A stretch of DNA of 64,000 nucleotides, taken from an uncultured Oscillospiraceae bacterium. GTDB lineage: Bacteria > Bacillota > Clostridia > Oscillospirales > Acutalibacteraceae. Shown here in pieces: positions 28,750-37,618 of the stretch; the first letter of the stretch is position 1; the number at the start of each line of letters is the position of its first letter. Made by a program: the position numbers and the translations under genes. The notes beneath the pieces are model-generated. The model made no database searches. It was not told where the DNA came from and was given only the letters and a program-made list of their open reading frames with translations. The stretch is taken from contig CABULH010000001.1 in the NCBI GenBank assembly GCA_902492455.1, forward strand, positions 143,862-207,861, given 5' to 3'.

Positions 28750-28779
28750 CTTTACGATTGGAAGGATACGGCTTATAAT
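28750..28779 (+). promoter_or_regulatory. candidate promoter of the WYL operon (TTTACG-17-TATAAT)
   Basis: tttacg attggaaggatacggct tataat located 25 nt upstream of RBS aggagggagg. Confidence 0.45.
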
Positions 28780-28803
28780 GATAGCAGGAGGGAGGCGCAT
28801 CAG

Positions 28804-30045
28804 GTGAGCGAATACGGAGAACTGATCAAACGATTCGATAAAATCCGGGATTACATGCGGGATTTCTATGTTTACGGCTTTATGTCGCGGGAGGATTTCC
28901 AACGCAAAAGTCTGCGTTCCTATGACGATGAAAGGCGCCGGATCGAAAGTTATCTGGGGGAATATATGGCCTTCCGTATGGAGGAAAACGGAAAGCGGAT
29001 ATTTCTGGCGGTGAATAGCGCCGACATACCGGAAAATCCCTTATACCGGGCCTTCAAAGCCAAGAGCTTCACCAAAAACGATATAACCCTTCATTTTCTC
29101 ATTCTGGATATTTTACGGGACGGCGGAGCCTTGTCTGCCGGGGATATCGCGGACAGAATCGCGGATTATCAGGATATCTTTCAGGAACCCTTTCTTCCGG
29201 ATTTGTCCACCGTTCGAGGAAAACTGGCGGAATACGAGGCTCTTGGCCTGCTGCACGGAGAGAAGCAGGGGCGAAAGCTGCTTTACAGCCTCTCTCCAAG
29301 AGAGGCGAATCCTGCTACCTTTGGAGATGCGCTGCTGTTTTTCTCCGAAATATCGCCGCTGGGGGTGGTGGGCAGTTATCTGCTGGACAAATGCGGGATA
29401 AAGAACCGGCGGCTGGGCTTCAAGCACCACTACATTATGCATGCTTTGGAAAGCGAGGTGGTGCTGGAGCTTCTGGAGGCGATGCATGCCGGGCAGACGG
29501 TGGAAATGACCCATGCGCCCTCCCGATCCCCGGAGATGCGGCGCTTGGAGGCGGTACCGCTGAAGATTTTGATCAGCGTGCAGGGGGGACGGCGGTATGC
29601 GGCAGTTTTCGAGATCCGCACAAGAAAGATAACCGCCCTGCGGCTGGATCATATCCGCAGCGTCAGCCGAAAAGCGGCGGCGCCGGATTACCCGGTGCTG
29701 CGCGACCGGCTGGAAGAGATGCTGCGGCATACCTGGGGCGTTTCTTTCGGCAACAACCGGAAGCTGCATGATCTGCAGATGACGCTGCGGATCACTCCGG
29801 AAGAGGAATACGTGTTCCAGCGCCTGCAGCGGGAGGGGCGTTTTGGCCGGTTATCCCGGCTGGATGAGGACACCTGCCTGTATGAGATTCAGGTATATGA
29901 CGTCAGAGAGATGCTGCCCTGGCTGCGGACCTTTATCGGCCGTATTCTGTCGCTGGAGTGCGATGTGCCGGAGATTGTTCAGACCTTCCGCAGAGATATG
30001 GAAGAGCTGTACGCTATGTATGGAGGGGACGAGGATGCTGTTTAG
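28804..30045 (+). CDS. WYL-domain transcriptional regulator (wHTH-WYL-WCX architecture, PafB/PafC-like), subunit 1
   Basis: N-terminal winged HTH; central WYL-like Sm fold (..RRYAAVFEIRTRKITALRLDHIRSV); C-terminal WCX-like region. GTG start with strong RBS. Confidence 0.6.
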   Translation: MSEYGELIKRFDKIRDYMRDFYVYGFMSREDFQRKSLRSYDDERRRIESYLGEYMAFRMEENGKRIFLAVNSADIPENPLYRAFKAKSFTKNDITLHFLILDILRDGGALSAGDIADRIADYQDIFQEPFLPDLSTVRGKLAEYEALGLLHGEKQGRKLLYSLSPREANPATFGDALLFFSEISPLGVVGSYLLDKCGIKNRRLGFKHHYIMHALESEVVLELLEAMHAGQTVEMTHAPSRSPEMRRLEAVPLKILISVQGGRRYAAVFEIRTRKITALRLDHIRSVSRKAAAPDYPVLRDRLEEMLRHTWGVSFGNNRKLHDLQMTLRITPEEEYVFQRLQREGRFGRLSRLDEDTCLYEIQVYDVREMLPWLRTFIGRILSLECDVPEIVQTFRRDMEELYAMYGGDEDAV

Positions 30046-30943
30046 CGAGATTTACAGCGCCTATTATCAAGCGGCGGCAGGCTTGATCAACGCGGCGATC
30101 AGCGGGGAACTGACGGCAAAAAACGCGGAAGAGCTGATCGCTTCCAGGGCCTTTCGGGAGAGCTTCGTCTATATTCTCGACGCTATCCGCCGGGAGGATT
30201 GGAAAATTATCACCCGGGATTTCCGCACGTCCCTCCGGTACCCTCCACAGACGCCCCTTTCCACACTGGAGCTGCGGTTTCTCAAGGCGATAACCCTGGA
30301 CGACCGGTTTCGCTTGCTATATGACGGGGAGCCACAGGGGCTGGACGGAGTGGAGCCGCTTTTTACACCGGCGAATTTTCATTTCTTCGACCTCATCAGC
30401 GACGGGGACCCCTATACGGATGCTGCCTATAGGAATCATTTCCGCACGGTGTGGAAGGCGCTGAAGGAAGAGCGCCGCCTGCGGATATCCTTCCGGGACG
30501 GTAAGTGCCGGGATCACACCGGTATTTACACGCCGCGCAAGCTGGAATATTCGGAAAAGGATGACAAATTCCGCCTTTTATGCCAAGGGAGATATCGGCT
30601 GGACATCATCAATCTGGCCCGTATCCGTGGCTGCGAAATGTTGGAAGCATTTGACGAAGAAGTGCTGCCGCCGCTGCGCCGCCGGACGGAGCGGGTGCTG
30701 ATTCGGATACGAGATCAGCGCAACGCATTGGAGCGGTGTATGCTGGGCTTTGCCGACTACGCTAAGGAAACCCGGCAGACGGGGAAGGACGAATATGAGA
30801 TGGAACTCACCTATTATAAAAGCGATGAGACGGAGGTGCTGATTCGGGTGCTGTCTTTTGGCCCTTTGGTGCGAGTGTTGGCACCGGATGGATTCATTGA
30901 GCTGATTCGGGAACGGCTGGACAAACAGCGTCAATTGTGGTGA
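30034..30943 (+). CDS. WYL-domain protein, subunit 2 (translationally coupled)
   Basis: WYL signature KFRLLCQGRYRLDIINLARI and a C-terminal WCX-like region; start MLFSEIY overlaps the upstream stop by 11 nt. Confidence 0.6.
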
Positions 30944-30944
30944 T

Positions 30945-31004
30945 GCGAAGAGAGGAAGGGGGAACCGCCGGCGGTTCCCCCTTCCTCTCTTCGCAGCTTT
31001 TTTT
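30945..31004 (+). terminator. very strong intrinsic terminator: 50-nt perfect palindrome (25-bp stem) plus T9
   Basis: gcgaagagaggaagggggaaccgcc|ggcggttcccccttcctctcttcgc followed by agcttttttttt, directly after the WYL2 stop. Confidence 0.7.
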
Positions 31005-31058
31005 CCATGATAAAGGGAAGATTTTCCTGTATAGTAAAGCCTGCAAAGCCGCTTTGCA

Positions 31059-31149
31059 GGGAACTGCCGGTTCCGGCGGTGCACGGGGCGCTGCCGAAGT
31101 GCATGCCGGCGGCTATGCGAAAATTGGGGTTCGAGTCCCCAGCAGTCCT
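31059..31149 (+). ncRNA. tRNA-like element (canonical T-arm + acceptor-like helix) inside a ~400-nt structured non-coding leader; class unknown (possibly Y-RNA-like tRNA mimic)
   Basis: T-arm UGGGG-UUCGAGU-CCCCA at 31125-31141, then GCAGUCC, which can pair with GGAACUGC at 31059-31066 (one bulged A). No canonical anticodon arm or D-arm. Region 31005-31409 has no credible ORF. Confidence 0.3.
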
Positions 31150-31451
31150 TTCGAGACTGCCCAGGGTTTGGTTTGCGGGTGAAATTCCCGCCCTCTTAAG
31201 GGTGTTCCGCACCCATTTGTAAAAGATGGGGAGGCACGCCGCTGAGCCTGCCGACAGGCAAGCATAATGACTGCCCTGCCGGAAAGCGGATACCGGCGGC
31301 CGGTTTCCCCTGCCAAAGCATAAGCTTCCGCAGGGGAGAACCGCCGTCTGAAGCCTTCCGCCGCAATCAGCATGCGGCTTGACGGCGTGCAGCTTCCATC
31401 GAATGAGACATGATCATCCCGCAGCGATTAGCGGGGAAAGGAATGATGGAT

Positions 31452-32549
31452 ATGAAAATCATCGTAAAAGAAAACGAACGGGGTTTGCTGTTTAAGGATG
31501 GGAACTTCATTAGAATGCTGGCGCCGGGCAGGTACCGCTTTTTCCGCTCGGGCATGCGGGTGGATAAACAGGCCATCGACGGCGCATTTGATGCCAGAGG
31601 GTATGATTTATCCATATTTGCCAGGGACACGGAGCTGAAAAAGCAGCTGGCGGTGGCAGATGTTCCCGATGAGATGGCGGCGCTGCACTACATAAACGGT
31701 AAATATGCCGGCTGCCTGGTCAGCGGCCGCTACGCTTTCTGGAACATCTATGATAAGCATGAGTTCCGGCTGACGGATATGCGGGAGCCGGAGGTGGGCG
31801 AGGATATTCCCCGCTATATCTGTGACCGGATTCCCCTGGAATTGATCCGCAAGGTGGAGGTGGCTCCCTATCAGAAGGCGCTGCTGTTTGTCAATCAGAA
31901 GCTGATCAAGCTGCTGGATGAGGGCACCTACTATTTTTGGAACAACGGCGCGCGGATCGACGTAAAGCTGGCGGATACCCGGCTGCTGCAGATGGAAATC
32001 ACCGGGCAGGAGATGCTGACCCAGGATAAGGTAACTTTGCGGGTCAACTTCATCTGCCGGTACCGGATTGCCGATACCATACGGATTTTTACGGAAATCG
32101 ATGACTACGAGGAACAGATGCACGTTACGCTGCAGCTGGCCTTGCGGGAGGTCATCGGGCAATACCGGCTGGATGAGATTCTGGAAAACAAGGAGCGGAT
32201 CGCCGCATTTGCCCTGCAGCGTCTGAAAGAGCGGGAAGGGGAATTCTTTGTCGCCGTGGCCGATGCGGGCATCAAGGACATCATTCTGCCGGGGGAGATC
32301 CGCGCCATCATGAACACGGTGCTGGTGGCGGAGAAAACAGCCCAGGCAAATGTCATCACCCGGCGTGAGGAAGTGGCTTCCACCCGCAGCCTGCTGAACA
32401 CCGCCCGGCTGATGGAGGAAAACCAGACGCTGTATAAGCTCAAGGAGCTGGAATATCTGCAGAAAATCTGCGAGAATGTGGGTAGCATCTCGGTGACAGG
32501 CGGCGGGGATCTGCTGGCGCAGTTGACAAAGATACTGAAGGGAGCGTAA
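31452..32549 (+). CDS. SPFH/band-7 (stomatin/flotillin-like) domain protein, no TM segment, with degenerate N-terminal repeats
   Basis: SPFH core (..TQDKVTLRVNFICRYRIAD.., C-terminal coiled coil), N-terminal ERGLLF-like repeats. Start chosen at ATG 31452, 9 nt after GGGGAAAGGA; alternatives at 31410 and 31443. Confidence 0.65.
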   Translation: MKIIVKENERGLLFKDGNFIRMLAPGRYRFFRSGMRVDKQAIDGAFDARGYDLSIFARDTELKKQLAVADVPDEMAALHYINGKYAGCLVSGRYAFWNIYDKHEFRLTDMREPEVGEDIPRYICDRIPLELIRKVEVAPYQKALLFVNQKLIKLLDEGTYYFWNNGARIDVKLADTRLLQMEITGQEMLTQDKVTLRVNFICRYRIADTIRIFTEIDDYEEQMHVTLQLALREVIGQYRLDEILENKERIAAFALQRLKEREGEFFVAVADAGIKDIILPGEIRAIMNTVLVAEKTAQANVITRREEVASTRSLLNTARLMEENQTLYKLKELEYLQKICENVGSISVTGGGDLLAQLTKILKGA

Positions 32550-32614
32550 ACTTTTGATATTATGGATCAAAGCCTTTCTGAAGGAATGCGGTGAGGCTTT
32601 GAGAAAGGCGGCAA

Positions 32615-33820
32615 ATGATGCTGGAAATTAAGGGTCAATACAACACAGCGAAGGTTTTTACCGATAGCCTAGAAGAAGCGGCTGCCGCCCAGATCCAGCA
32701 GCTGTGCGATATGGAATACGCGGCAGGGGCCAAGATCCGCATTATGCCGGATGTCCACGCCGGCGCGGGCTGCACCATCGGCACCACTATGACCATAACC
32801 GATAAGGTGGTGCCCAATTTGGTGGGGGTGGACATCGGCTGCGGAATGGAAACGGTCCGGCTGGGGAGCCGGGAACTGGATCTGGAGAAGCTGGACGGTC
32901 TGATCCATGAGCGGATTCCCGCCGGCATGAATGTACGGGAAACGCCTCACCGCTTCAGTGAGGAGACGGAGCTGTCCTCTCTGCGGTGTTTCCGCGACAT
33001 TCATGCGGACTGGGCGCTGCGGTCTGTGGGTACCTTGGGCGGAGGGAATCACTTTATAGAAGCGGATAAAGACGATGAGGGACGGCTGTACCTGGTGGTG
33101 CATTCCGGCAGCCGTTACCTGGGCAACGAGGTGGCGAAGCTGTATCAGGAGAGAGGCTGCGCCCGGCTGAACGGCTGCGACAAGCGGACGGTACAACAGC
33201 TAATCGCCGCTTACAAGGAGGCGGGACGGGCCAGAGAGATTCAATCCGCGCTTAAGGCGCTGAAAGGCCGCGCTGCCACGGCGATTCCCCGGGAACTGGC
33301 CTATGTGGCAGACGATTTGTTTGAGGATTATATCCACGATATGCGGATTGTTCAGCAGTACGCGGCGATCAACCGCCGGGCCATCGCGGCGGATATTCTG
33401 GATGGTATGGGAATGGAGGCGGAGGAGGCATTCACCACCATCCATAACTATATCGACACCGATGCCATGATTCTGCGCAAGGGCGCTGTTTCCGCGAAAA
33501 AGGGGGAGCGGCTGCTGATTCCCATCAATATGCGGGACGGCAGCCTGCTCTGTATCGGTCGGGGAAATGAGGACTGGAACTGCTCCGCGCCTCATGGCGC
33601 AGGGCGGAGAATGAGCCGTGCGGCGGCCAAAAAAACCTTTACCGTGGAGGAGTTCCAGCGGCAGATGGCAGCGGTCTATTCCACCTCTGTGAACGGGGAG
33701 ACCTTGGATGAATGCCCCATGGCCTATAAGGATATGGAGGAGATTGTACAAGCCATCACACCAACGGCGGAGATCGTTGGAATCATCAGACCTGTTTACA
33801 ATTTCAAGGCGGGTGAATAA
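32615..33820 (+). CDS. rtcB: RNA-splicing ligase RtcB (bacterial ~400-aa form)
   Basis: MPDVHAGAGCTIG, GGGNHFIE and TTIHNYID metal/GTP motifs. 65-nt gap from the SPFH gene suggests an operon. Confidence 0.85.
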   Translation: MMLEIKGQYNTAKVFTDSLEEAAAAQIQQLCDMEYAAGAKIRIMPDVHAGAGCTIGTTMTITDKVVPNLVGVDIGCGMETVRLGSRELDLEKLDGLIHERIPAGMNVRETPHRFSEETELSSLRCFRDIHADWALRSVGTLGGGNHFIEADKDDEGRLYLVVHSGSRYLGNEVAKLYQERGCARLNGCDKRTVQQLIAAYKEAGRAREIQSALKALKGRAATAIPRELAYVADDLFEDYIHDMRIVQQYAAINRRAIAADILDGMGMEAEEAFTTIHNYIDTDAMILRKGAVSAKKGERLLIPINMRDGSLLCIGRGNEDWNCSAPHGAGRRMSRAAAKKTFTVEEFQRQMAAVYSTSVNGETLDECPMAYKDMEEIVQAITPTAEIVGIIRPVYNFKAGE

Positions 33821-33849
33821 AAGGGCGCGCCGTATCTGCGCCTCTCTTT

Positions 33850-33904
33850 CCGCAGCAGAATACCGGTCCCTCAACCAAAATGAGGGACCGGTATTCTGCT
33901 GCGG
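33850..33904. terminator. bidirectional terminator (24-bp stem)
   Basis: ccgcagcagaataccggtccctca-accaaaa-tgagggaccggtattctgctgcgg between rtcB (+) and the XRE gene (-). Confidence 0.6.
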
Positions 33905-33911
33905 ATTTGAT

Positions 33912-34241
33912 TTACTGCTTATCCTGGAGTTCGGCCAGCTTACGGATTTGATCCAGAGCGTAATCCTGGAATTCGGGACGCAAAGAACGGAAGATGCGCA
34001 AAGCCTCATCCAACTTGACCGTATCGGCCGGGCTGCTGTCGAACATCTCTCCTTCGCCGGTTTGCAGCCAATGCTCGTTCACTCCATACAGCTGACAGAT
34101 ATGGCGCAGTAAAAGCTCCTTCGGCTGGACACGGTCATATTCCAAGTTGCTGATGACGTCCCGACTGACCCCCAGCCTCTCGCCGAATTCTCTTTGAGAC
34201 AGCTTGAACGCCTCGCGCACGGCTTTGATTCGATTGGACAA
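33912..34241 (-). CDS. XRE-family HTH transcriptional regulator (109 aa)
   Basis: HTH_XRE (FKLSQREFGERLGVSRDVISNLEYDR). TTG start with RBS AAGGAGGT. Confidence 0.7.
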   Translation of the reverse strand: MSNRIKAVREAFKLSQREFGERLGVSRDVISNLEYDRVQPKELLLRHICQLYGVNEHWLQTGEGEMFDSSPADTVKLDEALRIFRSLRPEFQDYALDQIRKLAELQDKQ

Positions 34242-34342
34242 TTCTTCTACCTCCTTCTGCGAGGATATCCTCAGCGAACAAAAGGCGGCCTGTTATGCCG
34301 CATGGGAATGCCTGCCTCACTTTCATCCGCGAGGGTATGTTT

Positions 34343-34432
34343 TTATATTACAACACAAAAATAAGGCTGTCAACACAAAAGCACAGAGAGGTTAGTGTTG
34401 ACAGCCTTGTTTTTGTGTGCTATATTGAGTAT
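34343..34432. promoter_or_regulatory. divergent back-to-back promoters embedded in a ~90-bp dyad-symmetric operator
   Basis: Perfect 14-bp inverted repeat aaggctgtcaacac / gtgttgacagcctt (34363-34376 / 34395-34408). Each arm supplies a TTGACA -35 box, then a 17-nt spacer and TATATT (plus strand) or TAATAT (minus strand). Confidence 0.55.
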
Positions 34433-34463
34433 ATAACACATTTTGGGAAGGGGAGCTGTGGAT

Positions 34464-34640
34464 ATGCCACAAGGTAGTGAGCAGATCAAGAAGCTTGCGG
34501 AGCTGAACGCCCTCTTTTTAAGCCTGAATGACAAGGGTCAGGAGGGAGCTTTGACCGTACTGCGGTCGCTGGAGTTCGCCCAATCGGTGATGGAGCAGGC
34601 AGAGCATCCGCCAACCCCGACCAAGGATCATTCGGTTTGA
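34464..34640 (+). CDS. small protein (58 aa) divergent from the XRE repressor; absent from the ORF track as such
   Basis: MPQGSEQIKKLAELNALF..., RBS gggaaggggag. Shares KLAEL and LRSL-EF motifs with the C-terminal region of the XRE protein. Confidence 0.35.
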   Translation: MPQGSEQIKKLAELNALFLSLNDKGQEGALTVLRSLEFAQSVMEQAEHPPTPTKDHSV

Positions 34641-34659
34641 ATCGTCCAGCGGCATCGTA

Positions 34660-35802
34660 TCAGCTGCCGCTGGAATAGGCGATACGGCCCCGGACCAAGG
34701 TCATTCGGACCCGGTTGTCCGGCCCCAGAACCAGCAAATCGGCATCCTTGCCCGGCTGGATGCTGCCGGTTTCCTTATCGATTCCCAGCCGTCTAGCGGG
34801 AACAGCACTGGCCATACGCACAGCGGCCGGAAATGGAATACCAAAGGAAGCCGCCCGCAGTACGCAGGAGAGCAGGGGCTGAACATTGCCGTTGATGGTA
34901 CCATCCGCCAGACGGCAGATACCATTGACGATTTGGCTGCAGACGCCGTCCATTTCATATTCGCCGTCTCCCTGGCCGGAAAGCGGGGTGTCGTCGCTGA
35001 TCAGAATCAGCCGTTCCTCCCCCAGCAGCCGATAGGCCATACGGATAAAGGCGGGATGTACGTGATGACCGTCCGCAATCAGTTCGGCTGTAGCGCCGCA
35101 GTCCAGCAGCGCGCCCCATATTCCCGGCTGACGGTGCCGGGGATCCGCCATGGCGTTGAACAGATGGGTGACGTGATCTGCTCCCGCCTCCATGGCCTGC
35201 AGCGCCTGGTCGTATTCTGCTGCTGAATGAGCCACTGCGGGCTGGATTCCCCTCTCCCGGCACCATTGAATCAGTTCCGCCGCTTCGGGCAGTTCCGGTG
35301 CTACAGCCAGAAAGCGCAGGGTTCCGCCGGATTCCTGATAATAGGTTTCCGCCAGCTTCCGATCCGGCAGACGCAGGCGATCCGGCCGCATGGCTCCTTT
35401 GAATCGCGGCGAGAGGAAGGGGCCTTCCATATAGATGCCCCGGGGCAGCGCGCCGGGAGCTTCTGCCATATGAAAATCCCGCAGACGAGAAAGGGCCGGC
35501 AGCAGTTCCGTCTCAGACGCGGCGACGGTGGTGGGCAGAAAGGAGGTAACCCCCTGAACCGCCAGCATCCGGGAAAGCTCCCGCAGGCCGGATGCGTCCG
35601 CATCCATCACATAGCGTCCCCGATAGCCGTGAATATGCAGATCAATGAGGCCGGGCAGAACACGGCAGCCGGATATATCCAGTTCCTCCCCTGTTTTTTC
35701 GCCGGAAAAACCGGCGATTTGGCGGCCGCTGATAAACAAGTCTATCTGCCGGAATTCTCCCTCCGGCAGCAGTACGCTTCCGCCCCGCAGCAGCATAGCC
35801 AT
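34660..35802 (-). CDS. nagA: N-acetylglucosamine-6-phosphate deacetylase
   Basis: IDLHIHG metal motif and amidohydrolase-fold conservation. Confidence 0.85.
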   Translation of the reverse strand: MAMLLRGGSVLLPEGEFRQIDLFISGRQIAGFSGEKTGEELDISGCRVLPGLIDLHIHGYRGRYVMDADASGLRELSRMLAVQGVTSFLPTTVAASETELLPALSRLRDFHMAEAPGALPRGIYMEGPFLSPRFKGAMRPDRLRLPDRKLAETYYQESGGTLRFLAVAPELPEAAELIQWCRERGIQPAVAHSAAEYDQALQAMEAGADHVTHLFNAMADPRHRQPGIWGALLDCGATAELIADGHHVHPAFIRMAYRLLGEERLILISDDTPLSGQGDGEYEMDGVCSQIVNGICRLADGTINGNVQPLLSCVLRAASFGIPFPAAVRMASAVPARRLGIDKETGSIQPGKDADLLVLGPDNRVRMTLVRGRIAYSSGS

Positions 35803-35808
35803 TTCCCC

Positions 35809-37434
35809 TTATCTGTTGGTTATTTGTTTCCGCATCCATTCCAGACAGCGGAGGTAGACCTCTGCCAGCTGCTCCTCCCGTCCGCCGGCGCGGTAAGCCT
35901 TTAGCTCAGCAGCGGTCTTCTCCAGCAGCGGCAGCTGGTCCCGAGACACGTGATCGGGATATCCCATCCGGGAGGCATCCTCATCCTGCGGCAGCAGGCA
36001 GCCGCCCAGCGGAGTGAATACATCCAGTCCCTCCGGCGTGTCCGGACCCAGCACACGCCGGGTAAGCTCCCGTCGATAAGCGGCGTCATACGTCAGATCC
36101 CGATGATCCCAGAGCTTATCGCCAAACATCTGGATGCCGGATGGCAGGGTCCAGGAGAAATGTGTTTTTCCCTCCCACGCACACAGACAGCTGCCCAATA
36201 CCTGCTTCTCATATGCCGGCGGGCAGAAAGGACGCTTCAGCGGATTCCAATCGGCCAGCTTCTCATCGGTCATATACAGATCGATGTAACATTCCGGATA
36301 ATCGCAGTTCAGTAGCTCAAATCCCTCTTCCAGATACCGCTCCATGGAGCAGCCCTCCCAGGGGCCCCGGCCGGGAGCCGGAACCCGCCACCAAAAAATG
36401 AGAATATCCCGTGGAATGGCGGGAGAAGAGGCGATATCGATATTGTCGTTTCCCATGATCATCCGTTTGCCCATCCGCTCCAAAATGGTGTGTACCCGGC
36501 GGATAAAGGAATAGAAGATTTCCCGCTTGCCGTGAATATGTTCCCGGCGGCACAGTTCCCGGCAGACGGCGCAGTGTTCCCAGTTGACCCAGAGATCCTC
36601 GGTGCGGATATCCAAAAATTCCAATTCGTCTCCACACAGCATCATAAAGGAACTGTCAAAAACAGTATAAACCTCTTGGTATAAATTTTCAATAAAGGGA
36701 TAAAGTTCCTCATTGCCAACGCAGACCGCCCACTGACTGGACTGAAAACCATCCTCAATCCGGCAGGCCAATTCCGGCATACAATCCAGCAGATGGGTGG
36801 CATGAGCAGGAAAATCGAGGGAGGGAATGGCGTCGATTCCCCAAAATGCGGCATATTCCACCAGCTCCCGCATCTCCTCTGGCGTATACTGCAGCAGAGA
36901 ACTGCGGTTCAGCTGGGGATACCGATGGGACTGCAGAGCGTAATGCGCGGAATCCATCAAATGAAAGATGGCTTTATTCATTTTAGCCTCGGCCATGCGG
37001 CGCAGAGTTTCCTTCACTCGCTGCGGTTCGATGTATTCCCGGGCCATATCGATCAGCATACAGCGAAAGGGACTATCCGGCCAGTCTTCCACTTCAAGGC
37101 AGGGGAGAGTGTAGACGCCGGAATCCATTTGAAGGGCCTGAGACAGGGTGACAAAAGCGTTGCGCAGCCCGTTCCGGTCCCGGCAGGCGATATCCACGCC
37201 TGCCGGAGTAATCTGCAGTCGGTAGCCCTCCGCGGCGAGACATCGGTCCACGGATATGAGCATAGGTATGCCCTGGTGCGCAGCAGCGCCGCTGTCGGCA
37301 GATGCGGCAACAAGCCCCCGGGTGCAGGCGGTTAGCAGCAATGCCGCCTCTTCCGCCAGTTCACCGCTGATGCAGAAGGGAATGTGAAGGGACAGCCTTC
37401 CCTTTGTCAGCTGCATTTTCTTAGTGGTAATCAT
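35809..37434 (-). CDS. GH20 beta-N-acetylhexosaminidase, cytoplasmic
   Basis: R..D.ARHF-like CMLIDMAREY and catalytic MLCGDELEF (GGDE-type) motifs. Confidence 0.65.
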   Translation of the reverse strand: MITTKKMQLTKGRLSLHIPFCISGELAEEAALLLTACTRGLVAASADSGAAAHQGIPMLISVDRCLAAEGYRLQITPAGVDIACRDRNGLRNAFVTLSQALQMDSGVYTLPCLEVEDWPDSPFRCMLIDMAREYIEPQRVKETLRRMAEAKMNKAIFHLMDSAHYALQSHRYPQLNRSSLLQYTPEEMRELVEYAAFWGIDAIPSLDFPAHATHLLDCMPELACRIEDGFQSSQWAVCVGNEELYPFIENLYQEVYTVFDSSFMMLCGDELEFLDIRTEDLWVNWEHCAVCRELCRREHIHGKREIFYSFIRRVHTILERMGKRMIMGNDNIDIASSPAIPRDILIFWWRVPAPGRGPWEGCSMERYLEEGFELLNCDYPECYIDLYMTDEKLADWNPLKRPFCPPAYEKQVLGSCLCAWEGKTHFSWTLPSGIQMFGDKLWDHRDLTYDAAYRRELTRRVLGPDTPEGLDVFTPLGGCLLPQDEDASRMGYPDHVSRDQLPLLEKTAAELKAYRAGGREEQLAEVYLRCLEWMRKQITNR

Positions 37435-37618
37435 ATAAATCCTCCTTTAAAATTGGGAAAAAATGGAAGATAAGTATTAGGCGTATTTGCATGAATAGAA
37501 AGCCGATGAAGATAAAATATTTAGAATAAATATATGAAAAAATATTGAAATGCAAAATAATATCTGGTATACTAATTCTGTTGGTCTGTGGAAACAAGGG
37601 TGGGGAAAGGAGCGTTCC

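Noticed and set aside
31059-31149. Complete tRNA or tmRNA gene
   Set aside because: The T-arm and acceptor-like pairing are present, but no canonical anticodon arm (loop lacks U33 / purine 37) or D-arm can be drawn, the acceptor needs a bulge, and there is no tmRNA 5' GGGG...GGAUUCGAC region or tag-peptide reading frame. Kept only as a tRNA-like element.
31007-31222. 71-aa ORF (MIKGRFSCIVKPAKPL...) covering the tRNA-like element
   Set aside because: It starts immediately after the terminator T-tract with no RBS, is highly basic, and overlaps three other equally long frames; more consistent with a structured RNA region.
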